From: Azolla caroliniana
Taxonomy: Eukaryota; Plantae; Polypodiophyta
Assembly (NCBI GenBank): GCA_043228905.1
Contig: JBHGNT010000022.1
Span: forward strand, 4,278,001-4,342,000
Length of the DNA: 64,000 nucleotides
Direction of reading: 5' to 3'
Part shown: piece after piece, positions 1 to 11,058 of the stretch
Layout: the number at the start of each line of letters is the position of its first letter
Numbering within the stretch: the first letter of the stretch is position 1
Position numbers and translations under genes: made by a program
The notes under the pieces: model-generated
The model's database searches: none
Told to the model about the DNA's origin: nothing
What the model saw: the letters and a program-made list of their open reading frames with translations, nothing else

Positions 1-1370
1 ACTCTACTCGGAAAGTTAATTAGCTCAGTTAGCAGAAAAGCTAATTAGCTTATCAGTTACATTTACCTCAGTTAGCTACTAGGATCGCTACTACATAGGT
101 AACTAGCTACTCTCAATAGTTACTACCATGATAGCTAATTAGCTATTCTCAATAGCTAATTTAGGTACTACCAGATAATTAGCTGTACTGCTAGCTAGTT
201 AGCTATCATGGTAGCTAGTTAGCTATTTCGTTATTACCAGCTAATTAGCTACTAGGAAAGCTAATTAGCTACCATGATAGCTAATTAGCTACTATGATAG
301 CTACTACATAGGTAACTGGCTACTCTCAATAGCTACTACCATGATAGCTAATTAGTTAGGATAGCTAATTAGCCACCATTATAGCTAATTAGCTACTAGA
401 CCAGCTAATTAGCTACCATGATAGCTAATTAGTTACTAGGACAGCTAATTAGCCACCGTGATAGCTAATTAGCTACCATGATAGCTAATTAGCTACTATA
501 CCAGCTAATTAGCTACCATGATAGCTAATTAGTTACTAGGAAAGCTAATCAGCCACCATTATAGCTAATTAGCTACTAGACTAGCTAATTAGCTACCACG
601 ATAGCTAATTAGCTTCTAGACCAGCTAATTAGCTACCATGATAGCTAATTAGTTACTAGGAAAGCTAATTAGCCACCATGATAGCTAATTAGCTAGTAGA
701 CAAGCTAATTAGCCACCATGATAGCTAATTAGCTACTAGGACAACTAATTAGCTACCATGATAGCTAATTAGCTACTACGACAGCTAATTAGCTACCATG
801 ATAGCTAATTAGCTACTAGAATAGCTAATTAGCTACTAGAATAGCTAATTAGCTACCATGATAGCTAATTAGCTACTACGACAGCTAATTAGCTACCATG
901 ATAGCTAATTAGCTACTACGACAGCTAATTAGCTACCATGATAGCTAATTAGCTACTAGAATAGCTAATTAGCTACTAGAATAGCTAATTAGCTACCATG
1001 ATAGCTAATTAGCTACTACGACAGCTAATTAGCTACCATGATAGCTAATTAGCTACTACGACAGCTAATTAGCTACCATGATAGCTAATTAGCTACTAGA
1101 ATAGCTAATTAGCTACCATGATAGCTAATTAGCTACTACGACAGCTAATTAGCTACTACGACAGCTAATTAGCTACCATGATAGCTAATTAGCTACTACG
1201 ACAGCTAATTAGGTACCATGATAGCTAATTAGCTACTAGAATAGCTAATTAGCTACCATGATAGCTAATTAGCTACTAGAATAGCTAACTAGCTACTAGA
1301 ATAGCTAACTAGCTACTAGAATAGCTAATTAGCTACTAGGATAGTTAGCTAGTTACGAGAATAACTAATT
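1..1370. repeat. Tandem array of ~20-bp units built on the palindrome TAGCTAATTAGCTA, inside a transposase intron
   Basis: Units such as ATAGCTAATTAGCTACCATG, ACAGCTAATTAGCTACTACG and ATAGCTAATTAGCTACTAGA. The array ends just before the acceptor TTTATTACGCAG at 1386. Confidence 0.95.
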
Positions 1371-1386
1371 CCCCTTTATTACGCAG

Positions 1387-3228
1387 GTCGATTTATTTAT
1401 TAGGTTCAAACGAATGCATCCAACTATCAAAGTTCAACTACGAACATTCGAGTCTCTTAAGCCACACTTTGTGAGACGCTTAAAGGATCGATACACATGT
1501 TGTTGCATTTACCATGTACAGATGGGTTTTCTGAAGGACTCTGTTAATCTACTACGTCACCATAGCGCATCCCTAACTAATACAGTTTGCACATGTGGGT
1601 GCCAAATCTGTCGATCAAGCCCACAAGAGGAGTGTAAATCATCTGAGCACGTTATCTCTTCCATGAGTTATTTATTAGATTCAATATTGTGTCCGAGAGA
1701 ATCTGACGCTATCTTCCATATTCATAAATGTGTCATGGGTTTATGTCAAGATTGTGGCCCTACTAGATTTAGGTGGTGTCCAAATGAATTGAGTAGTGAA
1801 ATATTGATCTCTGTGAAGTTATTTGAGTCAGTGAACACCAATTTCGAAGGAAAGGTGTGTAAAAGAAAGGATCTAGTTCGGAAGATGCTTAAACCAAGGG
1901 ATTTGGTGTCTCTGTTTGTAGTATCTCTAGGAAAGTTCATTAAACACAACTTCATTTATTCATGGCAGGCCCATCAGTTTAAGACTTGCATATCTGATTT
2001 CCCAAATGATGTAGTAGTCTCAGTAGTAGATTTCGCAGAGAATTATACTTTCAAGCAGCAGAATGAAATTCAATCTATGCATTGGTGTTCAGTTCAGGTA
2101 ACCATTTTTGTGCACATAACATATTTTCGAGTTTCAGGTGATGTTAAAAAAGTAATTCATTTCTTTATTTCCGATGATAAGAAGCATGATACCTTGTTCG
2201 TCCAACACTGTTTTAAGTTACATTGGCAGTGGTTATTAGCTCAACGTTTGGAGCTTACTCAACATTGGGTCTGGTCTGACGGAGCTGCGTCACAATTCAA
2301 GGCTCGACGTCCATTTTATTTTGTGGGGAGGTATCCTGCTATAACAGGTTTGGAGATGAGATGGAATTTTTTTGGGTCTGGCCATGGTAAAGGTGAACAT
2401 GATGGTGCAGGGGCTGTTATAAAGCGGGCACTTACCCATGAACAACTAAAGACAGATGGTGTGCACATGAATTGTGCATCACATGTAGTTGAATTTTTAA
2501 GAACAAATATGTCGACGAGTGCCACAGGTGTTTATTCCTCGCAAGTTCGAGATATCAAACGTGAATTTTGGGAAGTGAAGATAGATGAAGTAAATAGGGA
2601 GAAGACCTGGGAGTGCCAAGGAATTCCCGAATTGCGATCTCTGCATGCTGTTCGCGGTTATTCCAGGTTGGATGGTCATTGTATTGCGGTTAGAGAATTG
2701 ACTTGTTTTTGCTTCCATTGTGTGCAGGGAAATTGGAGATATTGTCTAAACAAAGCATACATTCAGAATTGGGAGTATCACACTCTGAATGATAAGGAAG
2801 CAGTTGATGGAGAAACAGGGCAGAATGCTGACTTCACATATGAGGGACTTGGAGATACTTTGAGTGATGTCCTGAACGTTGGGGATAACTTCGCTGTAAA
2901 TGCTGAAGAAGGCAATTCAGAGGGTGCTGATTTCTATATATTAAAGTGCACGGTTAGTAAACAGTGTGCAAGGCAGAATATTGTAGATGCATGGGGAAAT
3001 TTTGTATCTGCCGAGACATTCTACATCGAAGGCATTTTTTATGCAAAACTAGATGACTACGAATATGTGTACAGGCTGTTAGAAGACAAACCAGCAGCGT
3101 ATATGTACTCTCATTTGGTCAGATGCATCAACGTCCCAATGTCAGAATACAATAGCTGCTCCGGTTTATACACTGTTGGTGCTAATGTGTATGAATGTAT
3201 TTACAATAGTATGCCATGGAATTTGTAG
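1387..3228 (+). CDS. Sola2-like DDD transposase, last exon (intact)
   Basis: Motifs VVDFAENY, WSDGAASQFK and FFGSGHGKGEHDGAG give the three catalytic Asp. Cys clusters TCCCIYH, CTCGCQIC and TCFCFHC..C are present. The frame is open from a splice acceptor at 1387 (VDLFIRFKRMHP), the same intron position as in element 2. Confidence 0.85.
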   Translation, partial: VDLFIRFKRMHPTIKVQLRTFESLKPHFVRRLKDRYTCCCIYHVQMGFLKDSVNLLRHHSASLTNTVCTCGCQICRSSPQEECKSSEHVISSMSYLLDSILCPRESDAIFHIHKCVMGLCQDCGPTRFRWCPNELSSEILISVKLFESVNTNFEGKVCKRKDLVRKMLKPRDLVSLFVVSLGKFIKHNFIYSWQAHQFKTCISDFPNDVVVSVVDFAENYTFKQQNEIQSMHWCSVQVTIFVHITYFRVSGDVKKVIHFFISDDKKHDTLFVQHCFKLHWQWLLAQRLELTQHWVWSDGAASQFKARRPFYFVGRYPAITGLEMRWNFFGSGHGKGEHDGAGAVIKRALTHEQLKTDGVHMNCASHVVEFLRTNMSTSATGVYSSQVRDIKREFWEVKIDEVNREKTWECQGIPELRSLHAVRGYSRLDGHCIAVRELTCFCFHCVQGNWRYCLNKAYIQNWEYHTLNDKEAVDGETGQNADFTYEGLGDTLSDVLNVGDNFAVNAEEGNSEGADFYILKCTVSKQCARQNIVDAWGNFVSAETFYIEGIFYAKLDDYEYVYRLLEDKPAAYMYSHLVRCINVPMSEYNSCSGLYTVGANVYECIYNSMPWNL

Positions 3229-3730
3229 CTACAAGTAGCACTTACCATGTTCTCTTGTAAAACAAACATGTATTTCGCGAAAACAGATCAATAAATTCGT
3301 TTGGAATCAATTTCTTGTATACAGTCTGCTTTCTGTGCTTCTTTCTCAATAAAATCATGTCTTTTTTGTTAAGTTTTAAGTTATAAGTTATAGCGACAGA
3401 CTCATCAGTAGCTAATTAGCTGTACAAATGTATTTACAATAGTATGCCATGGAATTTGTAGCTACAAGTAGCACTTACCATGTTCTCTTGTAAAACAAAC
3501 ATGTATTTCGCGAAAACAGATCAATAAATTCGTTTGGAATCAAATTCTTGTATACAGTCTGCTTTCTGTGCTTCTTTCTCAATAAAATCATGTCTTTTTT
3601 GTTAAGTTTTAAGTTATAAGTTATAGCGACAGACTCATCAGTAGCTAATTAGCTGTACAAATGCAGCTAATTAGCTGTACAAATGCAGCTAATTAGCTGT
3701 ACAAATGTAGCTAATTAGCTGTCAATAGCT
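3196..3730. repeat. 233-bp direct duplication of the transposase 3' end/UTR, followed by short GCTAATTAGCTGTACAAATG repeats
   Basis: TGTATTTACAATAGTATGCCATGG starts at both 3196 and 3429, and the copies are near-identical. Confidence 0.9.
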
Positions 3731-3845
3731 AAATAGTCATCAATAGAATGAAATCAACAATCTGCAACATATTCCTCAAATTACATAGTAGATAAGTACA
3801 GTGGGAACAAAATTCTTCATTGAATAATGTCATCTCTTTACATAT

Positions 3846-4900
3846 TTATAAATTACCATTGGAAATGTCTACAAATCTCCTATAAACAGCTAAGCTCTTG
3901 CTAGTCAGTGGAACGAGTCTACATATATTATCCGCATATTGAGCTCGGTATGGAGTCCACAACCATGCACCTAGTTGGCAGCTCACTGTTTGCACCAGGT
4001 ACTGTTCAGGCATTTCCTCGGGTAGAATGAGACAGCATCTCCGAATATTGAAGTAGTGTCGGAAATGTTCTGTATCCAAAATCAATGTATTGTCAGCATT
4101 ATATTCAGGCCAAGTAGCCCAAAAATCGGAAAGCCTCTTGAATCTTGCAGCTTCCATCTGCTCACAATTTTCTCGTGCCCATTGACCTTTAAAACGACTT
4201 CGCCATTTTGGGAAGAATCTTGCCAAACACTTCCACACATCTGATTTTGGTTTCTCACTCCAAATAAACAAATCGAAGTACTCCGCAGCCCACTCTAGAA
4301 ACTGATTTGCGTCCCTCCTTGGCTGCATATATCTCACACTCATCAAGACTTTATCCAGCTCCAAGATCAAGGCTCTTCGCTCGACTTCTAGTGGTTTAGG
4401 TTTCCATTCCTGAAACTGAGCCGCTGTTACACCATTTTCTGGTAGGATACGATCAATCTCAATCAGCTCAGGTTCGGCTGACACAACTGGTGTCCTTTTC
4501 CTCTTTAAACCCCTAGTCGACTGTGTTGGGCCTAGCTTCACATTCTGGTGCTCTTGTTTTGTCGACTTAGTTATCAATCCTTGGATTACCTCAGTGCATG
4601 TAGCTACTGTTCTGCTCGATATCAATCCACTGGTATCACATGCTGCATCTACCTGCAACACCAAGTCATCCGTGCTACATGCTGCATCTACCTGCAACAC
4701 CAAGTCATCCGTGCTACATGCTGCATCTACCTGCAACACCAAGTCATCCGTGCTACATGCTTGATCAACTTGTGTGACCAGATCACTTGTGTCAGTTGCT
4801 ACATCTACTTTCAAGATGGGGCCCTTTAAACATGCCGCAACATCAACAGTATCCACACTGCCATTGGCCTTACGAGCAATAGAATCAAACCCTTTAGACT
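3846..4900 (-). CDS. FCP1/NIF (CTD-phosphatase-like, HAD) domain protein with 13-aa repeats; probable pseudophosphatase
   Basis: The series LILELDKVL..RRDANQFLEW..FDLFIWS..KRLSDFW..YNADNTLILDT matches the order of FCP1/SCP motifs, but DxDxT reads ELDKV. 39-bp repeats (VDAACSTDDLVLQ) lie at ~4600-4810. Likely acceptor TGTTGCAG at 4901. Confidence 0.65.
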
Positions 4901-5149
4901 CTGCAACATCAGAAAACACCAACATATTCACACTCACAAAGTAACTACTAGTCTCACAAAACAATATCCGGAACATCAAAGAGTTTCAGTCATAGAACAA
5001 CACTCTTCAAATTATCTTGGAAAAACATCATAGAGTTCCATTACATAATGTGGATCAAGCAACAACCAATCTGAGGTTTTACTTGTCCAACAGGATAGTA
5101 AAACTTCATAAAACCCTAGCAAAATCCCTAAGCTAACAATCATATCCAA

Positions 5150-8100
5150 CTAAACAGTATTTCGCTCCACTACGTCTGGGCCCCTTGACCGAGTAACTGG
5201 TCTTGTTCCCGATCGTGGCCCCTTCTTCAGCCTTTTTCTGGTTGGTTCCCCATTTAGCCTTGCTTCTAGGACCCAATGCGCAAGTGTGTCCTCCTCCGAC
5301 AACCTTCCCATCGCCTCAGCAGCTAATTGCACATCAGCCGTTTCTTGAACTAGCTTTTCAAGTACAGAGGGATCTGTTTGGACATTTTCAGTAGTTGGGC
5401 TCGGTGGGGTGGAATCAAGGTCTTGAGACTCGAAGAAATGTTGCATCAAGTGTTCATAAACACTGTTGTTGTGAACCTCAGTTTTACATGTTGTTTCCAC
5501 TATTTCATGGCATTTCACATCGTTGCCTAATTCAGTACACTGTTCCAAAAGAATAGGGTGCAGCTGATCTGAAGGAGATGTGATAGCAGGACTCTTACTT
5601 TCAGCCACATTGGCAGTAGTATCCTCATCTGTTGCAGCATCATCAGCACCAGACACATCATGTGCCGTCCTTAATCCACAAGATTCTACAATAACATGAC
5701 AGTTATTTAGGATAGCTAATTAGCTACTTTACTAAACTATGGTAGAAGCTAGGATAGCTAATTAGCTAGTACGATAGCTAATTAGCTAGTATGATAGCTA
5801 ATTAGGTACTTTACTCAACTATGGTAGTAGTTAGGATAGCTTATTAGCTACTTTACACAACTATGGCAGTAGCTACTAGGATAGCTAATTCGCTAGTAGG
5901 ATAGCTAATTAGTTGCCATCAGCTAATTAGCTACTAGGATAGCTAATTAGCTGCCAGTAGCTAATTAGCTACTAGGATACATAATTAGCTGCCAGTAGCT
6001 AATTAGCTACTAGGATAGCTTATTAGCTACTTTACACAACTATGGCAGTAGCTACTAGGATAGCTAATTCGCTAGTAGGATAGCTAATTAGTTGCCATCA
6101 GCTAATTAGCTACTAGGATAGCTAATTAGCTGCCAGTAGCTAATTAGCTACTAGGATACATAATTAGCTGCCAGTAGCTAATTAGCTACTAGGATAGCTT
6201 ATTAGCTACTTTACACAACTATGGCAGTAGCTACTAGGATAGCTAATTCGCTAGTAGGATAGCTAATTAGTTGCCAGCAGCTAATTAGCTACTAGGATAG
6301 CTAATTAGCTACTAGGATAGCTAATTAGTTGCCAGTAGCTAATTAGCTAGTAGGATAGCTAATTAGGTACGTTACTCAACTATGGTAGTAGCTAATTAGC
6401 TAGTAGGATAGCTAATTAGCTACTTTACTCAACTATGGTAGTAGCTAATTAGCTAGTAGGATAGCTAATTAGCTACTAGGATAGCTAATTAGCTGCTAGT
6501 AGCTAATTAGCTACTAGGATAGCTTATTAGCTACTTTACACAACTATGGCAGTAGCTAATTAGTTACTAGGATAGCTAATTAGCTAGTAGGATAGCTTAT
6601 TAGCTACTTTACACAACTATAGTAGTAGCTAGGATAGCTAATTAGCTACTTTCTCAACTATGTAGTAGCTAGGATAGCTTATTAGCTACTAGGACAGCTA
6701 ATTAGCTGCCAGTAGCTAATTAGCTACTAGGATAGCTAATTAGCTACTTTACACAACTATGTCAGTAGCTAATTAGCTACTATGATAGCTAATTAGCTAG
6801 TAGGATAGCTAATTATCTAGTAGGATAGCTAATTAGTTGCCAGTAGCTAATTAGCTAGTAGGATAGCTAATTAGCTTTTTTACACAACTATGGTACTAGC
6901 TAATTAGCTAGTACCATAGCTAACTAGCTACTAGGATAGCTTATTAGCTACTTTACACAACTATGTCAGTAGCTAATTAGCTACTATGATAGCTAATTAG
7001 CTAGTAGGATAGCTAATTAGTTGCCAGTAGCTAATTAGCTAGTAGGATAGCTAATTAGCTTTTTTACACAACTATGGTACTAGCTAATTAGCTAGTACCA
7101 TAGCTAACTAGCTACTAGGATAGCTTATTAGCTACTTTACACAACTATGTCAGTAGCTAATTAGCTACTATGATAGCTAATTAGCTAGTAGGATAGCTAA
7201 TTAGCTAGTAGGATAGCTAATTAGTTGCCAGTAGCTAATTAGCTAGTAGGATAGCTAATTAGCTTTTTTACACAACTATGGTACTAGCTAATTAGCTAGT
7301 ACCATAGCTAACTAGCTACTAGGATAGCTTATTAGCTACTTTACACAAGCTAGTAGGATAGCTAATTAGCTAGTAGGATAGCTAATTAGTTGCCAGTAGC
7401 TAATTAGCTAGTAGGATAGCTAATTAGCTTTTTTACACAACTATGGTACTAGCTAATTAGCTAGTACCATAGCTAACTAGCTACTAAGATAGCTTATTAG
7501 CTACTTTACACAACTATGGCAGTAGCTAATTAGTTACTAGGATAGCTAATTAGTTGCCAGTGGCTAATTAGCTAGTAGGATAGCTATTTAGCTTTTTTAC
7601 ACAACTATGGTACTAGCTAATTAGCTAGTACCATAGCTAATTAGCTACTAGGATAGCTAATTAGCTAGTAGCTCATTAGCTGCCAGTAGCTAATTAGCGA
7701 GTAGGATAGCTAATTAGAAAAGACTAAGCTTATTAGCTACAGTATGGTATACCTGTTTTTTTTCTCCACTCATTTGGTAGAGTTGTACTGCAATCTCCCA
7801 AACAGAATGCAGCAATTCGACAGGCATGTTGAAAACAAAGCAGATGGTATGTGTGGTTGCATGGTTGTAGGTGAACCAACAAAGACGCAGTTTTGTCCTC
7901 CACACCTAATCCGCAAGCGATGCAACGTGCTTGAACTGTCAATAAATCATTTTCTGGTTCTACTTCATTTGGTAAGGGAGCAAGAATGTTCAGGTCCAAA
8001 TCCTGTCTGGTCCTTACCATTCCCTCCACAAAATGTAGCTTCTTCTTAAGGCAGCTAACTACCTGTTCTTGATGAATGTATTGTTCCTTCAACGCAACAG

Positions 8101-9607
8101 AGAAATTTACCGATTAATTATTCTTGTTGTTGAAAGATACACCAACTTTGCTGAGGAATCGTTAACTTACTTGAAGCTTATCCAAATTGTAATCTGCAAC
8201 AGTATTTACACCTAGAAGGTCCAGGTTCATTGAAAGAACCTGGATCTCTATTTGCAGTTCTATTTTACGCTGGGGATCCAGTGGCCCCTCTAATTCAAGC
8301 TCCTGTTGCGCAACCTATTCCAGATAATGCTTGATTAGCACATTTTACCCGTTATTTATAACACAATCACATACCAGCAAAACAATAGTTACCTGAATCT
8401 TATTTCTAATTGTTGTAACAGCAGAAGTAACTTTGCTCTCCATTGCAGAAGCCATTGTGGCTTTCTCTAAATCAGTCTTAAAAAATGCCAATGTCTCACA
8501 GGCTTCATGGACATTTTTTAGCATATAGCTAACCAATGTCTCACCTGTATCATCGACATTGGCTTTCCTTGGGTGTCGGTGTGGTGTATGCCCCCGGTCT
8601 TGCTGGGAGTCGGCAGTTGCATCAACAGCTGCCATGCTCCAAAATCTGTCTATTTTTTGTGCCAAGGTCCCCATCTTTCGGCATCTTTTTACCGATGCCT
8701 CACCATAGACTGCCCAAGCTACCCTATACATTTCAGGGTCTCTAGATTCCTTCGCTGTTTTGCAGTACTCATATGCAAATGCTCTAGCAAATGAAACTGA
8801 CAACTCATTGTTGACTGGGATCTCCTGATGAACTTTCTGGTGCAGTCTCATGCAGTCATCGTACAAGTCGGCTCGTACATGCTTCAGCTTGACCTTGCCT
8901 TTGACTCTAGGCACTGTATATACTGTCATCCAGTCTATATCACTGATCAATTTATCACTTAGGACAGCAGGGTCAACACCCTCGAGTGACAGACCATAGG
9001 TGTTGTGGAAGTCCTCCTTTGTCTCGCAAAATTTTGCGAAGTTTAGCACTCTCGTATACGGAGGAACGAGCCATCTGAAATATCATTTCAGAAATCAGAA
9101 ATAGTGCAAAATCAGAATATGTGAGAATCAAAAACCCCAATCAACAACAACAAAAATGGTGCAAAATCTTTAACTTAACCTAATCAAAATCTGTAATCAG
9201 AAGTTTGAAATCAGAAACCCTAATCAAAATCTGTAATCAGAAGTTTGTAACCAGAAACCTTATTCAGAAATTCTAATCAGAAATTTATAATAAAAAACCC
9301 TAATCAGAAATTTCAATCAGAAACCCTAATAAAAAATTTCAATCACAAACCCTAATCAGAAATCCTAAGCAGAAATTTATAAACAAAAACCCTATTCAGA
9401 AATTCTAATTTGTAATCAAAATTTGTAACCAGAAACCCTATTCAAAAATTCTAATCAGAAATTTATAATCAAAAACCCTAATCAGAAATTTCAATCACAA
9501 ACCCTAATCAGAAATTTCAATCACAAACCCTAATCACTAAAGACAGGATTAAACACAAAAAAAGTAATATAAACACACCTGTTGCTACTCCCCGATTTGC
9601 GAGACAT
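5150..9607 (-). CDS. Spliced accessory gene of element 1: N-terminal helical domain, coiled coil, RING-like finger, acidic/basic tail
   Basis: GT-AG exons join in frame by hand: 9607-9579 (MSRKSGSSN), 9074-8393, ~8314-8171, ~8086-7753 (RCIACGLG..CNHTYHLLC..C..C) and 5685-5150. Phases are compatible at each junction, e.g. ACA G|AA TCT. Confidence 0.7.
5705..7740. repeat. ~2-kb TAGCTAATTAGCTA palindrome array filling the intron after the RING exon
   Basis: Recurrent GGATAGCTAATTAGCTA units with higher-order blocks (TTTACACAACTATGG), bounded by the donor at 7752 and the acceptor at 5686. Confidence 0.95.
9095..9540. repeat. Degenerate AAACCCTAATCAGAAAT repeats in intron 1 of the accessory gene
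   Basis: Repeated AAACCCTAAT/CAGAAATT units with a telobox-like core. Confidence 0.75.
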
Positions 9608-10498
9608 CCTTGTATGGGACTCCAAGGACTTCGCCCTATTCGATTTTGGGGAAATATGAATCGGCACCAAAGTTCAGACAGTAGTCAAAAAGAAAAAACA
9701 AATGTTTGGGGTTTCTGTAACTGAAACATACCTGGACGATGATCGAGCGGGTTCTGTGTTGTAGCTCTCAATCTGCAATGTCGATTTTTTGCTGTTGCGG
9801 GAGCTACGTCTGCGTTCGTGCTCTGAGTACTCCATCTGCGTTCAAAATCAGACTTAGGCTAAACAGGAAATTGATGACATTGAAGTCGACCTTAGATGAT
9901 GGTGATATTCCCCAAGTTCCACTACGTCTGAAACAGAAGTTCAAATATTTGAGTTTTTTCATAAATTAGTTTTTCAAATATTTGATTTTCCCACAAAAAA
10001 GACTAGCTAAACAAATAGCTAATTAGCTATGGCCATTTTAGTAGCTAATTAGCTATAATAGTGTTTCCACTCGCATGCTTTTACCCTTAACTCAAACTCA
10101 ATTTGAAAAACAAAAAAAAAAAGAAAAAGAAAAAGGAAAAGAAAAAAAGAAAAAGAAAAGTCATCATGCAGGGGCGAGGAGCGAACAGGCACTTCGAAAG
10201 GTGTGGTGGGTGGCTAATTAAAGCCTTTAAAAGAAGGCGCACCACGTGTCAACCGACTGCTATATCAGTATAGGATGTGCATGCGCGGGAATCAAGAAAA
10301 GGCGCCACGCATGGAGAAAGAAAACCTCTACCGCGCAGAGTCCCTTCATTTCGCGAACACAGAGATCTCAGCGTTGTCGTGATGTTCTGTGTCCAATGGG
10401 AGAAATTGTGAAATAGTGTGCCTCCACACACATTATACACATTATTATAAATATGAAAATTAGCCTAGGGTCTGATGACATTCAAGTGCATATAGAAA

Positions 10499-10563
10499 GG
10501 TGCAAGCAAGATTTGAACCTTGCACTTCTAAGATAAGAAGCAATTATCTTACCACTAAAGCTA
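10499..10563 (-). other. tRNA-derived (SINE-like) head
   Basis: Minus strand reads TAGCTTTAGTGGTAAG (A box) and GGTTCAAATC (B box); similar to 51731-51790. Confidence 0.45.
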
Positions 10564-11058
10564 CTACTAAGTGCTTTAGGTTTTGTATATTTCCTTCTCA
10601 AATTTAGTATTCCATAGGAAACAAACATACAAAACCGTGTACACAAAACCATGGTTTTAGCCTATGGTTTTGTGCATGCCACAAGGAAAACCGTGTGCCC
10701 GAAAACCATGGGTTCAAGCCCATGGTTTTGTGCATGTTAGATGGATAGATAAACCTATAAAAACCCTTGTAAGGCTTGTGTAATGGGGGGGGGATCAATC
10801 AATGGATGAATCAAACAATCTATGTATCAAATCGAAAATTAATAATAAGAAAACTTAGTTATCTTATTATTGATATGCGTTTATCTATTTATCTATCTTA
10901 AAAACTTCCTCAATTTATTATTATTTTCTCTCTCTCTCTCACTCTAATGACATTAGTGCATCACTTCAGCCGCCCATCCTCAATCCTCCATAACCACTAG
11001 CAGATAGAGGCTCGGTGCTTATCTGCGCTTGTGATGCGCACATCCCGACGTTTGGCAC

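Larger units (their letters stand above)
1..10072 (+). mobile_element. Sola2-type DNA transposon, element 1 (left end lies outside the window)
   Basis: Contains a DDD transposase (1387-3228) and convergent accessory genes. The right end read inward is GAGTGGAAACAC (10072-10061), resembling the element 2 TIR GGGTGGAAGCAC. The element-specific TAGCTAATTAGCTA motif stops at 10055. The predicted TSD GCAT (10073-10076) cannot be checked. Confidence 0.75.

Noticed and set aside
1-1370. CRISPR-like repeat/spacer array
   Set aside because: The constant part is only ~14 bp and the 6-7 bp variable parts recur. There are no cas genes and the array lies in a spliceosomal intron.
9095-9540. Interstitial telomere
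   Set aside because: AAACCCT cores are interspersed in longer degenerate units, not contiguous (TTTAGGG)n.
3846-9607. Ordinary host gene between transposons
   Set aside because: It is enclosed by the element's motif arrays and TIR-like end, and a homologous RING gene sits inside the TIR-bounded element 2.
10604-10951. Solo LTR ending in AATGACA
   Set aside because: The 3' end looks LTR-like but no TG start with a matching TSD could be fixed.
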